Assembly (NCBI GenBank): GCA_964291415.2
Contig: OZ219920.1
Span: 1,024,001-1,088,000, forward strand
DNA: 64,000 nt
Direction of reading: 5' to 3'
DNA from: Alphaproteobacteria bacterium
Lineage (GTDB): Bacteria; Pseudomonadota; Alphaproteobacteria; SP197
In this document: piece by piece, positions 28,108 to 38,184 of the stretch
Layout of the letters: every line of letters begins with the position of its first letter
Position numbering within the stretch: the first letter of the stretch is position 1
Notes under the pieces: model-generated
The model's database searches: none
The model's input: the letters and a program-made list of their open reading frames with translations, nothing else
Told to the model about the DNA's origin: nothing
Translations under genes and position numbers: made by a program

Positions 28108-28873
28108 CGAGTTCGCACACAAGAGGCGTGTGATCCGACGCCTTCGGCCAGGCACGGGGTGCGCGATCGATGTCGCACGCCACCAGGCGGTCCGCCGCAT
28201 GAGGAGAAAGCAGCATGTGGTCGATCCTGACACCGTGATCCTTTGGCCAGGCGCCACGCTGGTAGTCCCAGAACGTCCAGGCGCCCGCCGTCGTTCCGTG
28301 CAGGGTGGCATAGGCCTCCGTGTAGCCTGACCACACGAGTTCGCGAAACAGCGCCCGGGATTCATCGCGCGTGAGGGCGTCTCCTGGCTGAAGGGCCGAT
28401 TCGTGCGCGTCGTCGTCGGTGGGGCACACATTGTAGTCGCCGCCCAGAACGACCGCTTCCTCGCAAGCGAGGAGGCTGCGGGCATGATCGACCAGACGCC
28501 GCATCCATGCCAGTTTGTAGGCGAACTTTTCGCCCGGCGCCGGATTGCCGTTGGGGAGATAGATTGAAGCGACCCGCAGGCCGTGGGTGAAGACCTCGAT
28601 GTAGCGCGCCTGCGCGTCCTCCGGATCGCCCGGAAGGCAGATTGTCTCGATGTCGATGGGAGACTTGGAGAGGACGGCAACTCCGTTGAGCGCCTTTTGC
28701 CCGGCCACCGCGCAGTTGTACCCGAGATCGCCGATGGCATCGTGGGGGAAGGTCTCCGAAACGGTCTTGAGTTCCTGCAGAAGGACGATGTCCGGCTGCC
28801 GGGCTTCAAGCCATTTCAGCACGTTGGGCAGCCGTACCCTGATCGAGTTGACATTCCAGGTGGCAATCTTCAT
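28100..28873 (-). CDS. xth: Exodeoxyribonuclease III
   Basis: MKIATWNVNS, LQELK, YLPNG, GGDYN, WDY, RIDH, SDH. Confidence 0.95.
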   Translation of the reverse strand: MKIATWNVNSIRVRLPNVLKWLEARQPDIVLLQELKTVSETFPHDAIGDLGYNCAVAGQKALNGVAVLSKSPIDIETICLPGDPEDAQARYIEVFTHGLRVASIYLPNGNPAPGEKFAYKLAWMRRLVDHARSLLACEEAVVLGGDYNVCPTDDDAHESALQPGDALTRDESRALFRELVWSGYTEAYATLHGTTAGAWTFWDYQRGAWPKDHGVRIDHMLLSPHAADRLVACDIDRAPRAWPKASDHTPLVCELDD

Positions 28874-28893
28874 GTGCCGGCAAAGCGGAGGTG

Positions 28894-29244
28894 TCAGATC
28901 GCGAACGAGGTGCCACAGCCGCATGACGACGTGGCATTGGGATTGTCGAGCGTGAAGTAGTTGCCTTCGAGACTGTTCACGTACCGGAGGGTGGAACCGG
29001 CGAGGTATCGAAGGGAGACATCGTCGATCACGACCCGCGCATTGCCCGTGCCGTACTCGACATCGCCCTCCTCGGGCCCCTCATCGACCGTGAAATGATA
29101 CTGGAATCCCGAACAGCCACCCCCGGTGACAACGATCCGCAGGCGACCTCCGCCCGCTCCAGCCATGATGTCGCTGATCCTGGCAGCAGCATCTTCGGAG
29201 AGGTTGATGCCATCCTGGGGAAGGGTGTCTCCCATCATCCGCAT
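28894..29244 (-). CDS. erpA: A-type Fe-S cluster carrier (HesB/IscA/ErpA)
   Basis: GGGCSGFQY, NPNATSSCGCGTSF. Confidence 0.9.
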   Translation of the reverse strand: MRMMGDTLPQDGINLSEDAAARISDIMAGAGGGRLRIVVTGGGCSGFQYHFTVDEGPEEGDVEYGTGNARVVIDDVSLRYLAGSTLRYVNSLEGNYFTLDNPNATSSCGCGTSFAI

Positions 29245-29264
29245 CCTGCCTGGTTCTCCATCAT

Positions 29265-29293
29265 TACCTAGTGTCGCCGCTGGTTGCTGTCAA
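29265..29293 (-). promoter_or_regulatory. Putative sigma70 promoter of erpA-xth
   Basis: TTGACA-N17-TAGGTA on the minus strand. Confidence 0.55.
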
Positions 29294-29325
29294 TCCTGCA
29301 TGCGATGGAGTAACAACGTGGCATC

Positions 29326-30471
29326 ATGACCTCAGCACCCTATGCAGCATATCAGGCGACGAGTCGTGGCCGTCGCTTCGCCGAACAGCCGTCCTGCTAC
29401 CGCAGCGAGTACCAGCGAGACCGTGACCGCATCATTCACAGCAGGGCGTTCCGTCGTCTGATGCACAAGACGCAGGTCTTCGCCACTGTTCACGGCGACC
29501 ATCACCGCACCCGCATGACCCATTCCCTCGAGGTGGCGCAGATCGCCCGGACCATTGCCCGCAGTCTGGCTCTCGACGAAGATCTTGCCGAGGCGATCGC
29601 GCTAGCACACGATCTCGGTCACACCCCGTTTGGCCACATCGGCGAAGAGATTCTCGATGAGGCCATGGCGCCGTGGGGTGGTTTCAGCCACAACATCCAG
29701 ACCTTTCGAATCCTCACGCAACTGGAATCCCCCTATGCTGCCTTCGACGGCCTCAACCTGACCTGGGAGACCCTTGAAGGCGTTGTCAAGCACAATGGGC
29801 CCCTGTTGTCTGCGGTACCGCCGGCCATCGCGCGCTACAACCGTCTGCAGGATCTCGAGGTCGATTCGTTTCCGGGCGTGGAGGCCCAGGTCGCTTCGCT
29901 GGCCGACGACATCGCTTACAACGGCCATGATCTCGACGATGGCCTGAGGATGGGCCTCTTCACGCTGGACGACCTCGCCGGCGCGCCGGTTGCCGCGGAA
30001 GCGATCCGGGAGGTTCGGGAGCGCTGGCCCGATGCGCCCCTCGTGCGCAAGATTCACGAAACCATGAGAAAGATCATCGACGTGCAGGTCCGGGATCTGG
30101 TCGAGACATCGCGCGCAACCCTGGCCTGTGTGCGCCCTCAGTCGGCCGATGATGTCCGTTGGCACGACGCGCAGGTCATCGGTTTCAGCGAGGCCTTTGC
30201 GGACGCGGCGGCGGGCTTGAAGGCGTGGCTCTACACAAATATGTACTGCCACGAACGGTTGCGGGGGCAGGCCCGGGAAGCCGGAGCCATACTCCGTGGT
30301 CTGTTCTCGGCCTTCCGAGACGATCCGCAACGTCTGCCGGTCGAATGGAAGGAACATCTGGACGGGTGTGGCGAAGCGGACCGCATGCGCCTGGTCGCCG
30401 ACTATCTCGCCGGCATGACGGACCGCTTCGCACACAAGGAACATCAACGCCTGGTACGCCACGAACCATGA
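29326..30471 (+). CDS. dgt: dGTP triphosphohydrolase-like (HD domain)
   Basis: RDRDRIIHS.AFRRL..KTQVF, RTRMTHSLEV, AHDLGHTPFGH, ADDIAY, DYLAGMTD. Confidence 0.93.
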   Translation: MTSAPYAAYQATSRGRRFAEQPSCYRSEYQRDRDRIIHSRAFRRLMHKTQVFATVHGDHHRTRMTHSLEVAQIARTIARSLALDEDLAEAIALAHDLGHTPFGHIGEEILDEAMAPWGGFSHNIQTFRILTQLESPYAAFDGLNLTWETLEGVVKHNGPLLSAVPPAIARYNRLQDLEVDSFPGVEAQVASLADDIAYNGHDLDDGLRMGLFTLDDLAGAPVAAEAIREVRERWPDAPLVRKIHETMRKIIDVQVRDLVETSRATLACVRPQSADDVRWHDAQVIGFSEAFADAAAGLKAWLYTNMYCHERLRGQAREAGAILRGLFSAFRDDPQRLPVEWKEHLDGCGEADRMRLVADYLAGMTDRFAHKEHQRLVRHEP

Positions 30472-32236
30472 ATGTCCATGACGAGTTTACCTCGCGCATC
30501 CGCACCGCCGTGGAGTCGCTCGAGACCCGGGGAGTGGTCGCAGACGGTCTGACCGATCGCATTCAGGTGTCGGATCCGCGCCAGGCTGGCCACGGTGACC
30601 TGGCGAGCAACGCCGCTCTCGTGCTGGCTGGCGTAAACGGCATGGCACCGCGCGAGATCGCGGACCTGATCATCGGCGAACTGCGCCAGGATCCCGACGT
30701 GGCGACCGCCGTCAGCGCCGGCCCGGGCTTTGTCAACATCACGCTCCGTGAGAGCTTCTGGCACTCCTGGCTGAAGCGCCTTCTTGTCCATGGACCCGAC
30801 GCCCTGCTGGCGGACCGTGGTCAGGGTCGCATGGCGTGCGTCGAGTACGTGTCCGCCAATCCCACGGGGCCGCTGCATGTGGGTACGGCGCGTGGCGCTG
30901 TCATCGGTGATGTTCTGGCCTCCCTGCTCGAGGCCGTTGGCTGGAACGTGACCAGGGAGTACTACATCAACGATGCTGGAGCCCAGGTCGATGTCCTCGC
31001 CTGGTCCGCCTACGTCCGCTACCTTGAGGCGCTCGGCGAGCCGCCGGATGCAGCGGTCCTCGAAGCACTCTACCCGGGCGATTACCTCATCGAGACAGGC
31101 AGGGCTCTCGCCGCCAGGTACGGAACGGCGCTGAAGGAGGCCATCGGCGATCGTCGGCCTGGCAGCCTGCCGTTGCCGGAGCCTCTCGTGGAAGTCCGCT
31201 CCTTCGTCATCGAAAGGATGATGGATATCGTTCGCCATGATCTCGCCCTGGCAGGCGTGCATCAGGAAGTGTTCAGTTCGGAGCGCGCCATGATGGAGTC
31301 GGGCGGGATCGAGAGGTGTCTGGAGAAGCTCGATGCCCGCGGACTGATCTATACCGGCGTGCTGGAACCGCCGAAGGGCAGGGAACCCGAGGACTGGGAG
31401 CCCGTGCCCCAAACCCTTTTCCGTTCCACACGCTTTGGCGACGATCTTGATCGGCCACTCAGGAAGTCCGATGGCTCCTGGAGCTACTTCGCCCCGGACA
31501 TCGCCTACCACAACGGCAAGGTTGAGAGAGGATTCGATCTCATGATCAACGTCTTCGGTGCCGATCACGCCGGTTACGTCAAGCGGCTCAAGGCCGCGGT
31601 GGCGGCGCTGTCGGATGGCCGAGCCTCCTTCGATATCCTGCTGACCCAACTTGTCCGCTTTACCGGCAATGACCGGCTGGCGAGAATGTCGAAGCGGGCC
31701 GGCCGCTACGTCACCATGCGCGAGTCGTGGAATCGGTCGGCAAGGACGTGCTGAGGTTCATCATGGTGACACGCCGCAACGACGTGCCGCTCGACTTTGA
31801 TCCGGTGAAGGCGCAGGAGCAGTCGAAGGACAATCCCGTGTTCTATGTCCAGTATGCGCACGCACGCATCTGCTCGGTCCTGCGCAAGGCGGACGAGGCT
31901 GGTATCGACACGTCCGGACTCGCCGGCGCATCCCTGTGCCGCCTCACCCAGCCCCGCGAGATTGCCCTCATCAGGACCCTGGCTGGCTGGCCGGCCGCCA
32001 TCGATGGCGCTGCTGCTGCCCACGAGCCCCATCGCGTCGCTGCCTGGCTCAACACGCTTGCCGGCGAGTTTCACGCGTTGTGGAACACGGGCAGGGATGA
32101 TCCTTCGCTGCGCTTTGTTGTGGATGGAGACACGGAACTGACACGCGCCAGGCTTGCGCTCGGCGCGGCAACACGGCAGGTGATTGCCCGTGGTCTGCGT
32201 CTTGTCGGTGTCGAGCCCAGGGAGGTCATGCGCTGA
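30468..32236 (+). CDS. argS: Arginine--tRNA ligase, split by a one-base frameshift at about 31724/31725
   Basis: GPGFVN, EYVSANPTGPLHVG, REYYINDAG, GADH.GY, MSKRAG; continues in another frame as VESVGKDVLRF...YVQYAHAR. Confidence 0.93.
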
Positions 32237-33171
32237 ACGACCGCCGCGAACCAACACTCTTCGCCGGGGGGCAGCCCGAACCCCGGGAAGAACCAGAGGT
32301 CCCCGTCCAGGAGACAGCGACGGCGCCCGTTCGACGGCGCGGACTGTGGCGCCGTGCTGTCATGCTGCTCCTTGTCGTCCCGGCCGCCGGAGGCGCCGCG
32401 TGGTTCTTCTGGCCCGACAGCGACAGCACCGGAAACCGGGAAGTTACGGTGTTCCGGGCGGATACCACGCCCTATCGGGTGGCACCGGAGATCGCAGACG
32501 TGTCGGACATTCCCAACACCGGAATCCTGGTTCTCGAAACCACGGCCAACGGCGAGGAGAACGAGGGGCACGAGGTCCTGATGCCGCCGCCCGAGGAGCC
32601 CTTTGTGCTCGATACCGGGGCGCAGGCGGAGGGAGATGTGATCGTAGATGTTTCAGAGGCGCCGCTGGAGCCGGCCGATGAGGGGGCCGTGACCGATCCG
32701 ATCTTCGATGCCGACCAGGTCACGGCCATGGTCGACGAGGCTCTGGACGAGACTCCTCCACCAGTGCCTCCCCTGCCGGACGACAAGCCGGCGGTGCCGG
32801 ACGTGGACTGGGGGCCAGGCATCGCGGCTGCCGATGATGCCGCAGGGTCGGGTTCGTTGTCCTTTTCGGATGTTGCGGCCTCCCTCGGAGGAGAGACTTC
32901 CGGTGAGCTGCCGGAAGAGTCTGGAACGCGCTATGGTGTTCGCATTGCCTCCTACTCCAGCGAGAATGGGGCAACGGCCGCCTGGGATCGGCTGCACCGC
33001 GAACACAACGATCTCTTCGGTGACCTGGAGGCAACCATCACCACGATCTCTGTCGATGACAGCAGGTTCTTCCGCCTCACCGTCGGCGAATTCGAGGCCA
33101 GACAGGAGGCCGAGGGACTGTGTGCCGCGGCTGTCGAGCGCGCGCTCGAATGCCGCGTCGTGTCCTACTGA
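32233..33171 (+). CDS. SPOR-domain cell division protein (one TM, acidic linker); probable CTG start at 32233, first ATG at 32362
   Basis: TM helix, Asp/Glu/Pro-rich linker, C-terminal YGVRIASYSSE..A...W..L...FFRLTVG...AEGLC...C; usual position after argS. Confidence 0.8.
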   Translation: MNDRREPTLFAGGQPEPREEPEVPVQETATAPVRRRGLWRRAVMLLLVVPAAGGAAWFFWPDSDSTGNREVTVFRADTTPYRVAPEIADVSDIPNTGILVLETTANGEENEGHEVLMPPPEEPFVLDTGAQAEGDVIVDVSEAPLEPADEGAVTDPIFDADQVTAMVDEALDETPPPVPPLPDDKPAVPDVDWGPGIAAADDAAGSGSLSFSDVAASLGGETSGELPEESGTRYGVRIASYSSENGATAAWDRLHREHNDLFGDLEATITTISVDDSRFFRLTVGEFEARQEAEGLCAAAVERALECRVVSY

Positions 33172-33175
33172 CACC

Positions 33176-34168
33176 GTGCCGCGCGCTCTCGTTACCGATG
33201 TTGCCGGGACCCGCATCTCGGCTTCAGAAAAGTCCTTTCTGCGCGCCTTCGATCCTCTGGGTATCATTCTCTTCCGCCGCAACGTTGTCGATCCGGCCCA
33301 GGTCAGTGAACTGGTGGCATCCTTCCGCGACACCGTCGGCCGCGACGAGGCGCCGGTCATGATCGACCAGGAAGGCGGGCGTGTGGCGCGTCTCGGGGAA
33401 CCCCACTGGTGGCCCGGTCTTCCTCCTGCCACGATTGCCCGGGGAGGGGAGCGGGCCGCCTGGCTTGCCGGTCGCCTGCTGGCCCACGACATGGCACCGC
33501 TGGGCATCGATGTCACGTGCGCCCCCTCGCTCGACCTGCGACTTGCAGGCATGAACGATGTCATCGGTGATCGGGCCTTCTCCCATGATCCTGACAGCGT
33601 GAGCGACCTTGGGGCGGCCTTCATCGATGGTCTTGGAGCGGGTGGCGTGCAGGCGACGATCAAGCACATGCCCGGTCACGGCCGGGTGACCGTGGACCCG
33701 CACGACAGCTTGCCACGTGTCGACACGTCGCTCGAGGTCCTGAGGGAACAGGACTTCATTCCCTTCCGGCGCCTGTCCGCCTGTCCCTTCGGCATGGTGC
33801 CCCATGTTGTCTACACGGTCGTTGACAACCGGAATCCGGCGTCAGCCTCGCCGGCGGTGGTCCGCCGTATCATTCGCGGTGAGCTGGGCTTTGCCGGCGT
33901 GCTGTTGAGCGACGCCATCGACATGGGAGCTCTGAGCGGTCCTCATGAAGCAAGGGCCCGCTCGTGCATCGCCGCCGGGATCGACGTGGTGATGCACTGC
34001 AACCAGACTCTGAAGGTGCGTGAGCGCGTTGCCGCCGCCACACCGGAACTTGCCGGTGGCGCCCTGGAGAGGGTGACGAAAGCAGCAGCAGCACGCCGCC
34101 CGCCGCAATCCGGATTCGACCCCTGCGCGGCCCGCGCGGAACTGGCGCAACTGGTGGCCATGTCATGA
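33176..34168 (+). CDS. nagZ: Beta-N-acetylhexosaminidase (GH3)
   Basis: ILFRRN, IDQEGGRV.RL, KHMPGHG...DPH, SDAIDMGAL. Confidence 0.92.
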   Translation: MPRALVTDVAGTRISASEKSFLRAFDPLGIILFRRNVVDPAQVSELVASFRDTVGRDEAPVMIDQEGGRVARLGEPHWWPGLPPATIARGGERAAWLAGRLLAHDMAPLGIDVTCAPSLDLRLAGMNDVIGDRAFSHDPDSVSDLGAAFIDGLGAGGVQATIKHMPGHGRVTVDPHDSLPRVDTSLEVLREQDFIPFRRLSACPFGMVPHVVYTVVDNRNPASASPAVVRRIIRGELGFAGVLLSDAIDMGALSGPHEARARSCIAAGIDVVMHCNQTLKVRERVAAATPELAGGALERVTKAAAARRPPQSGFDPCAARAELAQLVAMS

Positions 34169-34854
34169 CCTTCGATCTGGAGGGAATCCTGTGGCTGGTT
34201 TCGGTCTGGGCCCTGCCGGTGGTGACCGCCATTACGCTTCACGAAGCGGCGCACGGCTGGGTGGCATGGAAACTGGGGGATGACACCGCGCGGCTCATGG
34301 GACGGGTCACCTTCAATCCCCTGAAGCACATCGACCGGTTCGGGACGATTCTTCTGCCGTGCCTTCTGCTTCTCTTCCAGGCGCCGTTCCTGTTCGGTTA
34401 TGCCCGTCCGGTTCCGGTGCGGTTCCATCGCCTTGGGCGACCGCGACGCGACATGGTTCTGGTGGCGGCTGCCGGTCCGGCCATCAATCTTCTGATGGCC
34501 CTTGCCGCGGCCGTCGCCTTCCACCTCGTGGTCCTTGTCCCCGACGTGGCCTCGGCCTGGCTTGCCGCCAACCTGCGCAATGCGCTGATCATCAATGTCG
34601 TGCTGGCGGTCTTCAACATGCTGCCACTCCCGCCGCTCGACGGCGGGCGCGTGGTGACCGGCCTTCTCCCCACTCGCCTGGCGGCGCGCTTCCAGCGCGT
34701 GGAACGCTACGGTATCGCCATCCTGGTCGCCCTCATCGCAGTGCCGCCGCTCATTGGCGAACAGATCGGAATGGACATCAGCATTCTCTCCCATCTGCTC
34801 CTGCCTCCGGTCGAAGCCATCATCCACGCCATCGTCTCTGTCGCGATGGTATGA
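34165..34854 (+). CDS. Site-2 protease (peptidase M50)
   Basis: ITLHEAAHG, NPLKHID, AAGP, FNMLPLPPLDG. Confidence 0.92.
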   Translation: MTFDLEGILWLVSVWALPVVTAITLHEAAHGWVAWKLGDDTARLMGRVTFNPLKHIDRFGTILLPCLLLLFQAPFLFGYARPVPVRFHRLGRPRRDMVLVAAAGPAINLLMALAAAVAFHLVVLVPDVASAWLAANLRNALIINVVLAVFNMLPLPPLDGGRVVTGLLPTRLAARFQRVERYGIAILVALIAVPPLIGEQIGMDISILSHLLLPPVEAIIHAIVSVAMV

Positions 34855-34944
34855 TGGACGATCCTCTCTGCGGAGCCTGAACATGACGGCTGGAATCGAG
34901 GCGGAAATGCGGCGAGACTCACGTTCTGGTCTGATGGAGGCCGA

Positions 34945-35727
34945 ATGCCGGTGACCGGCGAGGACTTTGCCGAGGATGAGGCGGGCCAGGGACCCGGTCC
35001 GTCCGGCGTCTTCCGGGTGGATGTGGAGGGCTACGAGGGTCCGCTCGATGTCCTGTTGGCCCTGGCGCGTCAGCAGAAGGTCGATCTCGCCCGTATTTCC
35101 ATGGTGGATCTGGCGGATCAGTACCTCGCGTTCGTGGCCCGCGCCCGTCATCGCCACCTTGAACTTGCCGCCGACTACCTCGTCATGGCGGCCTGGCTTG
35201 CCTACCTCAAGTCGCGACTCCTCATCCCCCGTGAAGAAGAGGAAGCGCCGTCGCCGGAACTCATGGCCGAGGCGCTGCAATTCCAGTTGCGCCGTCTCGA
35301 GTCGATGCGCGACAGGGCCCGGGCGCTCATGGCTCTTCCGCTTCTCGACCGTGATGTCTTTCGCTGCGGTCATCCCGAAGGCCTGCCCGTCGAGACCCGG
35401 GACGTATGGCGTGAGTCCCTCTGGCGCCTGCTCAGAGCCTATGGCGAACTCCTGCAGCGTGTGCGCCGCCAGGACTGGCGTCCGGAACATGTCGAGGTGT
35501 TTTCCGTGGAGGCGGCTCTGCAGCGCCTTGAGGCCCTGGTCGGTGATCTGCCCGACTGGATGGACATGATCAGCCTGCTTCCCGAGGACCTGAAGAGCGG
35601 CCTTTACTACAGGTCTGTCGTCAGTTCGACCCTGGTTGCGGGACTTGAGCTTGTCCGTCAGGGCAAGGCCGAACTGCGCCAGGACGGTGCCTGGACACCG
35701 ATCGAGATTAGAAGGCGCGGAGCATGA
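34945..35727 (+). CDS. scpA: Segregation/condensation protein A
   Basis: YEGPLDVLL.LAR.QKVDL, ADYLVMAAWLAYLKSRLL, LELVRQG. Confidence 0.93.
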   Translation: MPVTGEDFAEDEAGQGPGPSGVFRVDVEGYEGPLDVLLALARQQKVDLARISMVDLADQYLAFVARARHRHLELAADYLVMAAWLAYLKSRLLIPREEEEAPSPELMAEALQFQLRRLESMRDRARALMALPLLDRDVFRCGHPEGLPVETRDVWRESLWRLLRAYGELLQRVRRQDWRPEHVEVFSVEAALQRLEALVGDLPDWMDMISLLPEDLKSGLYYRSVVSSTLVAGLELVRQGKAELRQDGAWTPIEIRRRGA

Positions 35728-36305
35728 AGACACCGACCCGGGATGTGCGCATTGTGGAGGCTCTGCTGTTCGCCTCGCCCCAGCCTGTCGACGAGAAGGA
35801 GATCGCGGGGCGGCTTGGCGAGGACGCCGATGTCGGAGCCTGCCTTGGCCAGCTTGCCGAGGATTACCGGGGGCGGGGCGTTGAACCGGTGCGGATTGCC
35901 GGCAAGTGGTCCTTTCGCACGGCGGTGGATCTGGGCGCGGAACTGAAGATCCTGTCCGTACGCCGCCGCCGGCTGTCGAGAGCTGCCCTGGAGACCCTGG
36001 CCATTATCGCCTATCACCAGCCGGTGACCCGCGCCGAGGTCGAGTCCATTCGGGGCGTTTCGCTGTCGCGCGGTACGCTCGATCTTCTGCTTGAGATCGG
36101 CTGGATCCGTCCGTCGGGTCGCCGGCGTACACCGGGAAGACCCTTGCAGTGGCGCACGAGCGGCGAATTCCTTGAGCACTTCGGTCTCGAGTCGGTTGAT
36201 GACCTTCCGGGGCGCGACGAGTTGCTGGCCGCGGGATTGCTCGACACCCGGCCGGATCTGCCGCTTCCCGGAGGTCCCGGAGACGACGAGGAAGAGGCTT
36301 CCTGA
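35724..36305 (+). CDS. scpB: SMC-Scp complex subunit ScpB
   Basis: EALLFAS, LSRAALETLAIIAYHQPVTRAEVE.IRGV, PGRP, FL.HFGL. Confidence 0.95.
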   Translation: MKTPTRDVRIVEALLFASPQPVDEKEIAGRLGEDADVGACLGQLAEDYRGRGVEPVRIAGKWSFRTAVDLGAELKILSVRRRRLSRAALETLAIIAYHQPVTRAEVESIRGVSLSRGTLDLLLEIGWIRPSGRRRTPGRPLQWRTSGEFLEHFGLESVDDLPGRDELLAAGLLDTRPDLPLPGGPGDDEEEAS

Positions 36306-36323
36306 CAAAGCATGATGAGAGGC

Positions 36324-36353
36324 TTGAAAATAAGAACCGTTTGCACATAGCAT
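36324..36353 (+). promoter_or_regulatory. Putative promoter (TTGAAA-N18-TAGCAT) overlapping an AT-rich, possibly Fur/Mur-type box
   Basis: AATAAGAACCGTTTGCACA lies upstream of a Fe3+-type ABC ATPase; only a partial match to a remembered consensus. Confidence 0.3.
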
Positions 36354-36384
36354 CCCGCCAGCGTGATCAGCATGCGGACGTTTC

Positions 36385-37431
36385 ATGCCCGGATTGTCCT
36401 TTCACGGTGTCAGTCATTCCTGGGCCGGTGAAGAAGCCCTCAAGAGTGTCGATCTCGAGATTGCCGATGGCGAGGTCATGTGCCTGGTCGGGCCTTCGGG
36501 ATGCGGCAAGACCACCGCCCTGCACCTTGCCGCCGGCCTCGAACCCCTCGCGACCGGCGAGATCCGCATCGGTGATGACGTGGTCGCCGGAAACGGCGTC
36601 CACCGGCCGCCCGAGGTTCGGGGTGTGGGCCTTGTCTTCCAGGAGTTCGCCCTGTTCCCTCATCTCAGTGTGGCCGACAACATCGCGTTCGGCCTGCGCG
36701 GACGCCGGCGGGCGAAGGCCGCCGTCGGAGAGCTTCTCGACATGGTCGGTCTCGGCGGCTACGCGGAGAAGTACCCGCACATGCTGTCGGGCGGTGAACA
36801 GCAGCGTGTTGCGCTGGCGCGTGCCCTGGCGCCGAAACCACGAATCCTGCTGCTCGACGAACCGTTTTCAGGCCTCGACGTGCGCTTGCGTGAATCGGTG
36901 AGGGACCAGACCCTCGCAATCCTGCGCGACATCGGGACGACAACACTCATTGTCACCCATGATGCCGAGGAAGCGCTTTATCTCGGCGACCGTCTTGCCG
37001 TCCTCCAGGGGGGCAGGCTGCTCCAGACGGGAACGCCGGACGCGATCTACCAGCGTCCGGCAACGGCCTTCGTGGCGCGGTTCCTCGGTGACGTCAACTG
37101 GCTGCATGGCACTGCGGCTCCCGGCCGGATCCACTCGCCGGTGGGTGACGTCCTGGCTGATGGATTCGTCACCGGCCAGAGGGTCGATGTCCTGATTCGC
37201 CCGGAGGGCCTCCACCTGACGCCTGAAGGCGACGGTCCCGGTGCACGGGTGATCGAGCGGCGGTTGGTCGGCCATTCCACGCTTGTTTCCCTGCGCCTCA
37301 GGGACGGCGAAATGCTGCGCGCTCGCATCCTTGGCCAGACTGCCCCGAAGCCCGGTACCGACGTCAGGATCCGCTTCGATGACGATTCCGTCCTTGTCTT
37401 CCCCTGCCACGAGACCCCGAATATCGCCTGA
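36385..37431 (+). CDS. ABC transporter ATP-binding protein (FbpC/PotA-like) with TOBE domain
   Basis: GPSGCGKTT, FQEFALFPHL, LSGGEQQRVALARAL, LLLDEPFSGLD, VTHD. Confidence 0.9.
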   Translation: MPGLSFHGVSHSWAGEEALKSVDLEIADGEVMCLVGPSGCGKTTALHLAAGLEPLATGEIRIGDDVVAGNGVHRPPEVRGVGLVFQEFALFPHLSVADNIAFGLRGRRRAKAAVGELLDMVGLGGYAEKYPHMLSGGEQQRVALARALAPKPRILLLDEPFSGLDVRLRESVRDQTLAILRDIGTTTLIVTHDAEEALYLGDRLAVLQGGRLLQTGTPDAIYQRPATAFVARFLGDVNWLHGTAAPGRIHSPVGDVLADGFVTGQRVDVLIRPEGLHLTPEGDGPGARVIERRLVGHSTLVSLRLRDGEMLRARILGQTAPKPGTDVRIRFDDDSVLVFPCHETPNIA

Positions 37432-37584
37432 GTGGTGGACGTGAGGCTCCGGGAGAGTCACGAGGAAGGACGTGGCAGAGGTGCCCGGGTCATTGGCGCC
37501 GCACGATGACCTGACGACAGACTTCTGCGCGGTTGCCGTCGCGGCGGAATGTCGCCCGGAACACGCGGTGTACCGGTCCCTCGT

Positions 37585-38184
37585 TCAGTCAAGTTGCTGG
37601 GGATGGACAATGGCGACGCCTTCTCCGGCGTGGGTGTACATGGCCGCAGATCCGTCCAGCAGGGCAGCGTGAAGGTCCGGCCAATTCCTTTCGGCGCGTT
37701 CGATGCGCGTGGACTGTTCGGACAGGAACGCATCGCGAGTCCCGGCATCCCAGTTCAGGTAGAGCTTGCCGTCGAGCACAGACCAGCCGTTCACGAAATC
37801 GACCTCTGCACCGTAACCCTCCGATACGGCATAGGCACACCAGCCGTTGTATTGCGGCTCGTACGCACCCGGGTCGGCCGCGAAGGCCGCTGCATTCTCC
37901 GGTGAGCTGAACATCCACGACGTACCCTTGTAGTCGACGGAGTTGGAGGCCAGGCCCCTGGCAGGTTCGCCGTCGAAATAGGCAACGACATCGAAACCGT
38001 CCATCGCAACACCGTCGGACAGCGCATTGACGAATTCGTCCGATTCCACTCCGCTGATCCCATCCTCATCGGCGATCGTCTGACCGACGACCAGCGAGAG
38101 CCCGGCCGCGAACACGCCCGCGAGCAGCGCTCGGCGCGACAGGATCCCCGCCGTCGCTTCCAATCCACTTCCCTTTCGGTGCAT
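37585..38184 (-). CDS. YHS-domain periplasmic protein with a twin-arginine signal
   Basis: SRRALL plus hydrophobic helix; GFDVVAYF, W.FSS.EN...F.ADP..YEPQYNGWCAYAV, DGKLYLN, AERNWP. Confidence 0.85.
   Translation of the reverse strand: MHRKGSGLEATAGILSRRALLAGVFAAGLSLVVGQTIADEDGISGVESDEFVNALSDGVAMDGFDVVAYFDGEPARGLASNSVDYKGTSWMFSSPENAAAFAADPGAYEPQYNGWCAYAVSEGYGAEVDFVNGWSVLDGKLYLNWDAGTRDAFLSEQSTRIERAERNWPDLHAALLDGSAAMYTHAGEGVAIVHPQQLD

Noticed and set aside
37825-37850. Possible selenocysteine in the YHS protein
   Set aside because: The conserved position (GWCAY) is TGT Cys, not TGA.
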